Shown here: piece by piece, positions 38,864 through 48,900 of the stretch
How positions within the stretch are numbered: position 1 is the stretch's first letter
Layout: each line of letters starts with the position of its first letter
Assembly: GCA_041746255.1 (NCBI GenBank)
Contig: JBGTHM010000032.1
Span: forward strand, 61,614 to 125,613
Origin: Fibrobacteria bacterium
Lineage (GTDB): Bacteria; Fibrobacterota; Fibrobacteria; UBA11236
Reading direction: 5' to 3'
DNA: 64,000 nt
Program-made: the position numbers and the translations under genes
The notes under the pieces: generated by a model
What the model was told of the DNA's origin: nothing
The model's database searches: none
Seen by the model: the letters and a program-made list of their open reading frames with translations, nothing else

Positions 38864-39022
38864 GGCAATTTTTTCCGTTTCCCCCGACTTTCCGGTAGAT
38901 TCTACCCAAACTTTCTTTATCGGCACTTCTCCGAAAAAACTGAAGGCCCATTTTTCGCATTTAAACCCGTCTTTGGGGTGTGGACACGAGGCATTCTATC
39001 CAGGCGAGGTATTTCCAGAGCT

Positions 39023-39038
39023 TGGCACGTTCATTGCA
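39023..39038 (+). promoter_or_regulatory. Sigma-54 promoter of the flagellar basal-body operon
   Basis: TGGCAC-GTTCA-TTGCA, perfect consensus, 34 nt before flgB ATG. Confidence 0.85.
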
Positions 39039-39072
39039 TAACCAATCGGAAGAACCCCTAAAAGGGAAAAAA

Positions 39073-39492
39073 ATGCTGGTTAAGAACGCACTTTATTCGC
39101 ACACAGCGCTCCCCTTGGTGGGTCGCAGCCTGGACGCCGCGGCTCTCCGGTCGAAAGCCATCGCCAATAATCTGGCGAATGTGACCACGCCCGGTTATTC
39201 GCGCATGGAGGTTTCTTTCGAGGATAGGCTGAAAACGGCTTTGGAAAACCGTGAGCATGGCGGTGTGCAGCATCCAAAGCATATTCGCACCGCCGGCCCG
39301 TATCCGGAGCAGGTGCGTCCGGAAATCCGTATCGTAAAAGAATTGGCGGCTCCCGGTGAAATCAACAACGTGGACATCGATATGGAAGCGGCCAAGCTGG
39401 CGGAAAATCAACTGTCCTTCCTTTATGGAGTCAAAGTTTTCAAAGAACGCAAGGAAGATATGGATGCGGCCATATCCGGAAGGCCCCGCTGA
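39073..39492 (+). CDS. flgB: Flagellar basal-body rod protein FlgB
   Basis: IANNLANVTTPGY, NNVDIDME..KLAEN. Confidence 0.93.
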   Translation: MLVKNALYSHTALPLVGRSLDAAALRSKAIANNLANVTTPGYSRMEVSFEDRLKTALENREHGGVQHPKHIRTAGPYPEQVRPEIRIVKELAAPGEINNVDIDMEAAKLAENQLSFLYGVKVFKERKEDMDAAISGRPR

Positions 39493-39530
39493 CCGGATGA
39501 ATAGGGACGCGAGATGAGAAGGAGGGTATA

Positions 39531-40037
39531 ATGGGAATGATTGGAATGTTTTCGGGACTCGGTATCAGCGCCACGGCGCTGCGGGCTCAGCGTATCCGAC
39601 AGAACGTAATCGCCTCCAACCTGGCGAACGTGGAGACGACGCGGACGCCCGACGGCGGACCGTATAAGCGTCAAACGGTGGTGCTGCGCGAAAATCCGGT
39701 GGAACCCGAAAGAAAGTTCATTTTCGAGAAACCCAGAATGCATGGATTCACAACGCATGAGAACCATATCGCCATCCCCAAGCCGGGATTTCCGGAATCC
39801 CGGGATAAGGTGGGAAGCGGCGTCGAAGTGGTGGCAATCGAACAGGATGCGACACCGCCTCGCCTGGTTTATAATCCGGAACATCCGGATGCGGATGAAC
39901 AGGGATACGTAGCCATGCCCAACGTCAACGTAGTGCAGGAGATGACGGACATGATAACGGCCACCCGATCTTATGAGGCCAGCGTAACGGCCATGAACTC
40001 GACCAAAGCCATGTTGCTCAAGGCATTGGAACTGTAA
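39531..40037 (+). CDS. flgC: Flagellar basal-body rod protein FlgC
   Basis: SNLANVETT, GPYKR, YNPEHPDA..QGYV.MPNVNVVQEM. Confidence 0.95.
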   Translation: MGMIGMFSGLGISATALRAQRIRQNVIASNLANVETTRTPDGGPYKRQTVVLRENPVEPERKFIFEKPRMHGFTTHENHIAIPKPGFPESRDKVGSGVEVVAIEQDATPPRLVYNPEHPDADEQGYVAMPNVNVVQEMTDMITATRSYEASVTAMNSTKAMLLKALEL

Positions 40038-40048
40038 GGAACGTAAGC

Positions 40049-40297
40049 ATGGAAATCGGCGGAGGAAGATACGACCTTCAGGGCTTCGAAGCGATGCGAA
40101 GCCGGGCCTCGCAGCGCCTTGCCGGCGCGCCCGCCAAATTGTCGCTGGAAGAATTGGTTCGGAGCAAGCGTGATGAATTACACAAGGGAAGTCCTGCGCC
40201 GGCCCCGCTGGGCGCCGGATACGGATCCTCGCAGCCTACGGCTTCCCTGGAGACGAAAGAGCCGCAACTGGGCCGTTTCATCGATTTGGTTGCATAG
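40049..40297 (+). CDS. Small hypothetical protein inside the flagellar operon
   Basis: AAGGA SD, exactly fills flgC-fliE gap; ends LGRFIDLVA. Confidence 0.65.
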   Translation: MEIGGGRYDLQGFEAMRSRASQRLAGAPAKLSLEELVRSKRDELHKGSPAPAPLGAGYGSSQPTASLETKEPQLGRFIDLVA

Positions 40298-40313
40298 GTA
40301 AAGGAGAATGGAC

Positions 40314-40625
40314 ATGGCTGATATCGATCCGATATTCCAGGCGGGCCCCAAGCCCGAAATAGAAATCAATCCAACGGGCAAGTCCCTGGTCGGAGGCGCG
40401 AAGGGTCCCGGCTTCGAAGACATGTTCACCAAGTTCCTTACGGACGTCAACGGAATGCAGGTCCAGGCCGATCAATCCATTCAAAAAATGGTATCGGGCG
40501 AAATCAAGGACGTGCATCAGGTCATGCTCGCCGTGGGTGAAGCCAAAGTGGCGTTCAACCTGCTTCTGGAGATTCGCAACAAGGTCATGGACGCCTACCA
40601 GGAAGTGATTAAGATGAGAGGATAA
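40314..40625 (+). CDS. fliE: Flagellar hook-basal body protein FliE
   Basis: DVHQVMLA, EIRNKVMDAYQEVIKM; AAGGAG SD. Confidence 0.95.
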   Translation: MADIDPIFQAGPKPEIEINPTGKSLVGGAKGPGFEDMFTKFLTDVNGMQVQADQSIQKMVSGEIKDVHQVMLAVGEAKVAFNLLLEIRNKVMDAYQEVIKMRG

Positions 40626-40719
40626 CCACATCCTGCTTATGGTTCTTGCATAGAGATTTACACGCGGTCCCTCACACAATTCGGAAAAACAAAAAACCCA
40701 ATACGGGTCTGGAGAAGCT

Positions 40720-42291
40720 ATGGATTTTTTAAAACAACTGGCCATGCAATTCAAGAGCATTTGGGATCACTTGAATGCCACCCAAAGAATCATCCTGGTC
40801 TCCACGTTCGCGGTTTCGGTGATGGGATTCGTGGCGGTGATGACCTGGTCTTCCATGAATGGCACGCAATCCGGCCACGCCACGTTGTTCGTAAATCTCG
40901 ATGGCGCCGATGCGGCCAAGGTTACCGAGGCCCTTAAGGAGTCGGGTACTTCTTATAAGTTGGAAAACGACGGAAGGACTTTGTTGGTTCCCAAGAAGGA
41001 CCTCTACGAAGTACGTATGCAAATGGCCCGTCTGGGACTTCCCCAGAAGGGTGGGCAGGGGTACGAGATATTCGACAAGGTTAAACTCGGCATGACTGAA
41101 TTCGTCCAGAATCTGAACTTCCGCCGTGCCTTGGAAGGGGAGCTTAGCCGGACGATAGAGAGCCTGGCGGAAGTCGACAAGGCCCGCGTCCATGTCACCA
41201 TTCCCAAGCCGTCGCTGTTTTCGGAACAGAAAGAGGAGGCTACGGCTTCTGTGATTTTAATGCTGCGGCCCGGCGCTGAAATCACTCCGCGGCAGGTGAA
41301 GGGAATTACCCACCTCTTGGCGAGCTCGGTGGAAGGGCTGAAAAGCCGACAGGTTTCCGTACTCGACGTACATGGCAACCTGCTTACCCGCGGATTCGCG
41401 GACAACGACATGGCGGAGCAAACCGACCACAACCTGTCCATCCAACGCGAAGTGGAAACCCATTTGGAACGAAAAATCCTGGACATTTTCCAAGGCCTGC
41501 TCGGACCCGGTAAAGCCAAGGTGAAGGTGGCGGCTGAACTCGATTTCGACCAGGTCAAAAAAAGCGTGGAGAGCTACGATCCCAATACGCGCGTGGTCCG
41601 TTCCCAGCAGCGGGACGACGGAATGACCCGGGGCAGCCCCATGGCCGAGCTGGAACAGAAGGAGGGTTCCATCACCAATTATGAATTCGATAAGACCATG
41701 GCGCATATCATCAGTTCGCCGGGTGCGCGGCAGCGCGTCACGGTCTCGGTAGTGGTGGACGGCACCTACGAAACCCTGGAGGACGGTACCCGAAACTTCG
41801 TGCCACGAACGCCGGAAGAATTGGAAAAATTCAATGCCATCGTGAAAAATACCGTCGGGTATTCGCCGGGAACCAAGGACGAGGTATTCGTAACCAGCGT
41901 TCGCTTCGACAATCAATATCTGTTGGAAGAACAACAGGAAATGGTGCGTTTACAACGTCAGGAAACCTATCAGTTTTGGGGTAAGATCGGCATTATCGCG
42001 GCCATTGTGATTTTCGCGCTTATTTTCCTGCGCGGACTGACCAATACCCTCATCTCCGCCATGAATCCGCCCGCACCCAAATACGCGGCGCTTGACCTTT
42101 CTCCGAAAGAGCCAAAGATTCCCGAAGAAGTCCAAAAACAGAAGGAGATTTTGGAAAGAGTAGAGGTATTGACGCAAACCGAACCGATTAACATCGCCAA
42201 TCTCATCAAATCTTGGATCCACGAGGGTAATATGATGGAAAATGGGAGTGGGGGAGGCAATAAGTCGGCCGCCTCGCAGAACAAGGGATGA
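40720..42291 (+). CDS. fliF: Flagellar MS-ring protein FliF
   Basis: Two TMs, GYEIFD, RALEGELSRTI, ARVH, ATASV. Confidence 0.95.
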   Translation: MDFLKQLAMQFKSIWDHLNATQRIILVSTFAVSVMGFVAVMTWSSMNGTQSGHATLFVNLDGADAAKVTEALKESGTSYKLENDGRTLLVPKKDLYEVRMQMARLGLPQKGGQGYEIFDKVKLGMTEFVQNLNFRRALEGELSRTIESLAEVDKARVHVTIPKPSLFSEQKEEATASVILMLRPGAEITPRQVKGITHLLASSVEGLKSRQVSVLDVHGNLLTRGFADNDMAEQTDHNLSIQREVETHLERKILDIFQGLLGPGKAKVKVAAELDFDQVKKSVESYDPNTRVVRSQQRDDGMTRGSPMAELEQKEGSITNYEFDKTMAHIISSPGARQRVTVSVVVDGTYETLEDGTRNFVPRTPEELEKFNAIVKNTVGYSPGTKDEVFVTSVRFDNQYLLEEQQEMVRLQRQETYQFWGKIGIIAAIVIFALIFLRGLTNTLISAMNPPAPKYAALDLSPKEPKIPEEVQKQKEILERVEVLTQTEPINIANLIKSWIHEGNMMENGSGGGNKSAASQNKG

Positions 42292-42294
42292 CAA

Positions 42295-43350
42295 GTGGCA
42301 ACTGAGAACCAAACCTCGGACGATCTCGGAGCTGCATCCGGAAAGTCCGCGGGGCTGAGAGGTCCCACCAAAGCCGCCATCATGATGGTGACGTTGGGTG
42401 CGGACGCCTGTGCGCAGATTTTCAAGGGACTGGACGACGACGATGTCGAGGTGTTAACCGCGGAAATCGCGCGCCTCCAGGGGGTATCATCGGAGGTACG
42501 TCAGCAGGTGCTGGAGGAATTCCACCAAATGGCCGTGGCGCAGAAATATGTGCTGCAGGGCGGTGTGGACTATGCCCGCCAGGTCTTGGAAGCGGCCATG
42601 GGGCCCCGACGGGCCAAGGAAATCCTGGAGCGCGTGCAAAGCACCATCCGCACCACGGGTTTCCGCATGTTGATGGACGCCGATCCTTCCCAGCTCGTCA
42701 ACTTCATTCAGAAAGAGCATCCGCAAACCATCGCCTTATTACTGGCGCATATGGATACGGCTTTGGCCTCACCTATTCTTTCCTCGCTGCCGCAGGACCT
42801 GCAGGTGGATGTGACTACCCGCTTGGCCACCATGCAAAGCGTGACGCCGGACGTATTGGAACAGGTCGAGGAAGTACTCGCCCAGCAAATGAAGTCGCTG
42901 TTCGGAGGTAACGTTTCGGAAGTAGGGGGCGTTAAATTCGTCGCCGAAATGCTGAATAACGTCGATCGCGGGGCCGAGAAGAACATTCTCGGAAACCTGG
43001 AAAGGGAAAATCCCGAATTGGCGACGGAAATCAAGAATCTCATGTTCATTTTCGAGGATATCATGATGCTGGACGACCGCGGCATCCAGCGGCTGCTCAA
43101 AGAAGTGGACACCAAGGAATTGGCGCTGGCGCTGAAGGGCGGCAGCGAAAGCGTTTCGGAGAAATTCTACAAGAACATGTCTTCACGCGCGGCGGATATG
43201 ATGCGCGAAGACATGCAATACATGGGCCCCGTCCGCCTAAAGGATGTGGAGGGCGCGCAACAGAAAATCGTGGACGTGGTCCGACGCCTGGAAGACGAAG
43301 GCGAAGTGGTCATTTCCGGTCGCGGTGGCGACGATGAAATCGTGGTGTAG
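42295..43350 (+). CDS. fliG: Flagellar motor switch protein FliG
   Basis: KAAI, GGVDYA, EHPQTIA, MFIFED, GPVRLKDVE.AQ. Confidence 0.96.
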   Translation: MATENQTSDDLGAASGKSAGLRGPTKAAIMMVTLGADACAQIFKGLDDDDVEVLTAEIARLQGVSSEVRQQVLEEFHQMAVAQKYVLQGGVDYARQVLEAAMGPRRAKEILERVQSTIRTTGFRMLMDADPSQLVNFIQKEHPQTIALLLAHMDTALASPILSSLPQDLQVDVTTRLATMQSVTPDVLEQVEEVLAQQMKSLFGGNVSEVGGVKFVAEMLNNVDRGAEKNILGNLERENPELATEIKNLMFIFEDIMMLDDRGIQRLLKEVDTKELALALKGGSESVSEKFYKNMSSRAADMMREDMQYMGPVRLKDVEGAQQKIVDVVRRLEDEGEVVISGRGGDDEIVV

Positions 43351-43355
43351 TGGGC

Positions 43356-44180
43356 ATGGCGAATCCAATTTTCAACACGCCCGGCGCGCAAGGAGCCGAC
43401 ACGGGAGGCGCCGGAACCCCCTATACGGCTCATGTGGTCAAGCCTTCCGGTGCGGGAGTTTCCCCGGGCCATACGCTCAACGATTTCAGACTCACCGCCT
43501 TTCAAGTGCCGGGCCGACTGGCTCCGGGATTGACCCGGGAAGAATTGCGTCTGCAAAACCTGGAGCGGCAACTCGCCGACGAAAAGAAGTTGGCCCGCGC
43601 TTTGGCCATCAAGGCCGAAAGCGATAAAGCCCAGGCCGAACGCGAGGCTTATGCGAAAGGGCTGGCGGAGGGAGAGAAGAAGGCGGGTGAAGCCCATCAA
43701 ACCGAATTGCAAAAATTACGGAATTCCTATCAGGAAATCCTGAATGATTTGGGAACTCATAAGACTCGCCTTTTCCGTTCCTTCGAAGCAGAGGCCTTGC
43801 GGTTGGTCATGGTTTGTGTCCGCAAGCTTTTTAAACATATAGCCGATGAACATGAAGATGCGGTGTTGCCGGTGGTACGCGAAGCGGTTGCGTCCCTGGA
43901 TAAAGCGCACGCCCTGGTCGTCAAGGTGAATCCCGCGGATTTACCCCTGGTGGAGCAAGGCATGACGGACTGGTTGCCCATGCAGGCGGATACCGATGCG
44001 GTCAAGCTCGTAGCCGATCCCCGCATTGTTCGGTCCTGCTGCCTGGTGGAGTCTGAAGGCGCCTCAACCGGGCTGGATTACCGGGCCGTGGCTGAGGCGA
44101 TGGAGGTGGCTTTGCAAAAAGCCCATCACCACTTGGACAAAGGTGAGCGGGAGGAGACCCACGACGATGTCGGCGCCTGA
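43356..44180 (+). CDS. fliH: Flagellar assembly protein FliH
   Basis: AYAKGLAEG repeat, VKVNPAD, ADPRI...CLVESE; position between fliG and fliI. Confidence 0.85.
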   Translation: MANPIFNTPGAQGADTGGAGTPYTAHVVKPSGAGVSPGHTLNDFRLTAFQVPGRLAPGLTREELRLQNLERQLADEKKLARALAIKAESDKAQAEREAYAKGLAEGEKKAGEAHQTELQKLRNSYQEILNDLGTHKTRLFRSFEAEALRLVMVCVRKLFKHIADEHEDAVLPVVREAVASLDKAHALVVKVNPADLPLVEQGMTDWLPMQADTDAVKLVADPRIVRSCCLVESEGASTGLDYRAVAEAMEVALQKAHHHLDKGEREETHDDVGA

Positions 44181-45531
44181 ACCTCACTCTCCGACGCTTC
44201 CCGAGGGACTTGCTACGGAGGGTCTCGGACGCTATGCCGAATGCATCGAAGCATTGAATATGGCTCCGGTGCGCGCAAAGATCGTTCAGGTCATTGGCCT
44301 GGTGGTGGAAAGTTCGGGATTACAGGCCGGATTGGGCGAATGTTGCCGTATTTACGATGGGCTCGAATGCGTCGGTCTAGCCGAAGTGGTTGGGTTCCGC
44401 CGGAAATCGACTTTGCTTATGCCGTTGGATCATCTGGAAGGCATAAGACCCGGAATGGAAATCGTTGCCACGGGAGTTCCTTTTCAGGTACCGGTGGGGA
44501 AGGGCATGCTGGGCCGCATCGTTAACGGATTGGGTGAGCCCATCGATGGTAAGGGCCCCCTGCCTTCCGAAGCTCCCAGGCGTATCCATAGTGTTCCTCC
44601 CGATCCTTTGCAGAGAAGGCGCATCGAAAGTCCCATGACCACGGGCATACGCAGCATCGATGGGTTTCGCACCCTGGGTAAGGGCCAACGCGTGGGAATT
44701 TTCGCGGGCTCGGGCGTGGGAAAATCGGTGCTCATGGGCATGATTGCCCGTAACTGCACCGCCGATATCAATGTTATCGCGCTTATCGGCGAACGTGGGC
44801 GCGAGGTGAAGGAGTTTCTGGAAAAAGACCTGGGCCCCGAGGGCCTCAAAAGGTCGGTGGTAGTGGTAGCGACATCCGATCAACCCGCGGTGGTTCGCAT
44901 CAAGGCTGCTTTGGTGGCCACCACCCTGGCGGAATATTTCCGGGACGAGGGCGCGGATGTCATGTTGATGATGGACTCGTCTACCCGTCTGGCCATGGCG
45001 CAACGCGAGATCGGCCTGGCCATCGGGGAGCCGCCGGCCACGCGCGGATATACGCCTTCGGTATTCGCTTTCCTTCCCCGCCTGTTCGAGCGTGCGGGAA
45101 TGGGGGAAAGGGGATCCATCACAGGCTTATATACCGTGCTGGTGGAAGGCGACGATTTGGACGAGCCGGTATCCGACGCGGTACGTTCGATTCTCGATGG
45201 CCACATTGTGCTGTCGCGGGAATTGGCCCATCGAAACCATTATCCCGCGGTCGACGTACTGAAGAGCGTCAGCCGCTGCATGAAGGATGTTACCACTCCG
45301 GAGCATCGGGCGGACGCGGGAAAGCTTCTCAAGTTGATGGCCGCCTACTCGGAGTCCGAAGACATGATTACCCTGGGCGCCTACGTGCGGGGTACCAGCC
45401 CATTGCTCGATCAGGCGATAGCGGTGCATAAGGATTTGGAAAGGTTTTTGGTCCAACCTCCTGAGGAATTCAGCGAATTGTCCGCAACCCTCGAGGCTCT
45501 CGGTTCGGTGGGTGTAGGTCGCGGCAAATGA
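44167..45531 (+). CDS. fliI: Flagellar export ATPase FliI
   Basis: GIFAGSGVGKS, IGERGREV, MDS.TR.AMAQREIGL, ILDGHIVL. Confidence 0.96.
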   Translation: MSAPEPHSPTLPEGLATEGLGRYAECIEALNMAPVRAKIVQVIGLVVESSGLQAGLGECCRIYDGLECVGLAEVVGFRRKSTLLMPLDHLEGIRPGMEIVATGVPFQVPVGKGMLGRIVNGLGEPIDGKGPLPSEAPRRIHSVPPDPLQRRRIESPMTTGIRSIDGFRTLGKGQRVGIFAGSGVGKSVLMGMIARNCTADINVIALIGERGREVKEFLEKDLGPEGLKRSVVVVATSDQPAVVRIKAALVATTLAEYFRDEGADVMLMMDSSTRLAMAQREIGLAIGEPPATRGYTPSVFAFLPRLFERAGMGERGSITGLYTVLVEGDDLDEPVSDAVRSILDGHIVLSRELAHRNHYPAVDVLKSVSRCMKDVTTPEHRADAGKLLKLMAAYSESEDMITLGAYVRGTSPLLDQAIAVHKDLERFLVQPPEEFSELSATLEALGSVGVGRGK

Positions 45532-45983
45532 AAGCCTTCCGTTTTACCTTGGCGCAAGTACTTCGGTTCCGGGAATGGACCGAAGCGGAAGCGAAAAAAA
45601 AATTGGCGGCGGAGCAGTCCGTGCGCTTAGCGTTGGAAACCGAAATACAGGCGTTGGAAGGGGGAATGCAGGAGCTTTGGAAAGTCGAGGCAGGAGTCCC
45701 CGTGGATTGTAATTCCCGTATGCAGCGTTTGGAATATTCACGGCACCTGGGATACGTCATCGAAGACAAAAGGGCGGAAAGTGAGGCGCAGAAGTTGAAG
45801 GTGGAGCAGGCCTCCACGGTGCTCATGCGCGCAGCCCAGGAACGTAAGTCGCTGGAAAAGCTGCGCGAGCGGCAAAAGCAGCGTCATTACAAGGACCAGG
45901 GACGCCGGACGGCTGCGCAGCTCGACGAAGTGTCGGCCAATTTTGTGCAACGTGCCGCTGAGTCGTCCGATGAAAACCCATGA
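45528..45983 (+). CDS. fliJ: Flagellar export chaperone FliJ
   Basis: MKAFRFTLAQVL.FR, coiled coil, ERKSLEKLRE, LDE. Confidence 0.88.
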   Translation: MKAFRFTLAQVLRFREWTEAEAKKKLAAEQSVRLALETEIQALEGGMQELWKVEAGVPVDCNSRMQRLEYSRHLGYVIEDKRAESEAQKLKVEQASTVLMRAAQERKSLEKLRERQKQRHYKDQGRRTAAQLDEVSANFVQRAAESSDENP

Positions 45984-48900
45984 CCGGATATTATCGCGCG
46001 GCTCGACCCCGGTCCGGGGCAATGGCGGCATTAGGCCTTTCCCTGGCTTGTATATTTACTCCCTACGCTCTCGAATATAACGTCACGAATTTTTCGGCGG
46101 ATTATGCCGGCGGTGTAGGCGATACTCTGCACCTTAACAGGGAATGGGGCGATTCCCTTTTCCTCGCCCCGGAAAGCCGCAACCTCGTTCATGTCCTGAC
46201 ACGGGTCCTGAACAATGGAACGGGCTTTAACGGGAACTCGGGTTCATCCCCGGTCATTTCCTATGCCGGCCAGGGATTGTTTTCCGTGGTTTACCTCGCA
46301 TGGCAGACCGCGCACCAAAACGGACTGGGGACTCCGCCCACACGACCGAACCTGGTCAGACAATCTTTGTCGATGGGAGAGGAAACCTATGTATTCAACG
46401 GGACGGGAGAAATCCTGGCCTCCCAGGAAACGCGTGATACCACGGCCTGTATTTTTTATGCCTGTTTCGATCCGAAGCCGACACCCCATTATTTGAATTA
46501 TGCTGCGCGAGGCCAAAAGTATGCGGCTTATTGGGGTACGCGCGAAATATTCGGACCCTACCGTCGCGCTTCGCTGGCCGCCGATAATATCGCCTGGAAA
46601 CGCTATATCCCTCCGCATGACCCGATAAAAACGGGAGGCTTCGGTCAAATCTCGGCGGTGGCGCGTCCGGGACCCGGCAGTTTCCGTACCGCGATGGCCT
46701 ACGAAACCAGCTACTCCCCACCCACGGTAGAAATACGCTGGGAGGATTTGGACGCGGCTACTACCGATACGGTGCGCTTCATTCGACCCAATCAACCTCG
46801 GGATTTCGCCGTGGCCCTGGATTCGGCGGGTAACGCCCTCGTTTTATGGCGACAATTGGATACCCTATGGGCTGTGGCCTATAACGAGGCGCGTGTGCAG
46901 ATAGTCCCGCCTGTAGCCCTCGATACCGGTATCACATTCAAGGACGCCGTGACCGATCACCAGTATCGGCCCTATGGTATCAAGGCTACGGTAAACGGCC
47001 GCTTCGTGTTGACCTTCGCAAAAAATAACCGGGTATTCTATCGGTTAATCGACATTCCCCACGGTAGTTTGGCATACTCGCTCGGCGCTCCTCAGGGGCT
47101 TTCCGATGCCTCGCATACGGCCTTTTTCCCGGACCTGGATGTAAACCAGGAGCAAATCGTCTTCGCCTGGTTCCGCCATAAAACGGCTGCGAATCACAGT
47201 ATGGATGCCGCGCTTTTCAGCCATGCCGGCGGTACCCTCAATCCGGCTTCGCGTATCGATTTTGATTTGGCTAAAGACACCATTGGTTTCACCGAGGTGG
47301 GGGCGGCCTGGTATCCCTGGCACTATTTCAAATCGGCTTCGGTAGCTATCGATGACAAAGGCAATATCGCGGCGGCTTATGACGACGGGTTTTCCGCCAA
47401 GGTGGCCCTGAACTGGCATCAACCGATTTATTTCGATTCCGGCCTTTTCGTAAGCAGAGCCATTAGCGTCGAAAATCCGGCGGTCGGCGTGGCATTCGAT
47501 CCCGCTCTGGATTCGGTCGAATTCAAACAAGTGATACCCAACGGAACTTTATTGGAATACGTCGAAGTTTCCTTGGGAACCTCGGTTTCCCCGGCTTTCA
47601 CGGGAACCGAGGTTTTTCAAACCACGCAAACGCCATTCCGTTCCAACGGCGGATATTTCAAATACCGCGTGGTGCTGCGTCCCCAGGCTCCGGGCAAATT
47701 CCTGACTTCGCGGCTTCGGTCCTTGGACGTCCGGTATAACGTAAAGCCCCGCCCGCCCACCATCGACTCCCTCTCGGTGGGACAAACTCCGCTTGCGCCT
47801 TTCAACTCTTCGGTTACTCCCCTTATCGCGGCACGCCGGGATTCGTTACGTCTTTCCTTTTCAGGCTTGGATCTCGATGACGGGGACAGTCTCGTATTCG
47901 TGGTGGAGATGGCGGGAGTGGAAATCTCCCGGAATACCGTGAAAACTAAAATCGCGCCGGGAAGGTACCGATACGCTATGGCTTTTCTTCCGCCGGATAC
48001 GGTGGGTTCAGCCATTCCCATCACGGTGAGAACGCAAGATGCGGCCGGGTGGTGGAGTTCATCCACTTTACTTCCCGTCAATATGGTCAACCCTCCTCCA
48101 TCGGATTCAACCCTGATATTGCGCCACAGGCACGGTGAAACCGAAATAGGCTATGGCTTGCTGCCCGGGCCCCAGGATACCCTGCAACTGCAATCGGGAG
48201 ATCCGCTGACGTTGTTCAAAGGAGACACCGCTACGTTACGGATCTTTTTTGCGGACGAAAATGACGACAACCTTCGGTTGGTGCGTTTACGCAACGGGTC
48301 CGTGTTGGAAAGCGTGAACGTACCCTCCAACCAATTTCTGGAATTTATCCTGGCGGCGGAGCAGGCCCCGCGCGCGGTCGATACTTTGGTTTTCCGGGCC
48401 GTGGATGGAAACGATTCCACGGAGTATAGCCTGCGATTGCGATCCAATCATCTGCCCCGGCTGGATTCCATTCGGGTGTTGGAATACCAGACACCTCAGG
48501 GTCCGGTGAACCCTGCCTTCGCCAAGGCGGTTCCTGGAGATACCGGATTATGGATTCCCGCCAGTTTCCCGGCTTCGCTTCGCGGCTATTTTTCCGATCC
48601 GGATGAGGTGACCTCCGCCTCTTTGCAGTTACGGTGGAGGGTTTTGCGGCAGGGTCCCGGTTGTGATGAGTCCGATCCGGCCTGCCATTCGGTTGGTTTG
48701 GAAACGACGGGTGCGCTCTTCGACCATACCTTCGCTACGGGGGAAAATTATGTCGAACTTCGAGTAACCGATGCACTGGGAGCCTACATCGAAGAACGTT
48801 TCCGGTTAATGTATCCGAAATTGGATACCTCGGCGTCTACGGGTTTCAAAGCCTCTCTGAGCAGCCTACAAGAAGATCTTGATTTCGTGCTCGATTCGAA

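Noticed and set aside
4549..38980. 12-mer GTCTTTGGGGTG at 4549-4560 and 38969-38980
   Set aside because: Too short to exceed chance in 64 kb; no dyad symmetry
43350..45531. Injectisome-type T3SS
   Set aside because: flgB, flgC, fliE and fliG identify a flagellar system
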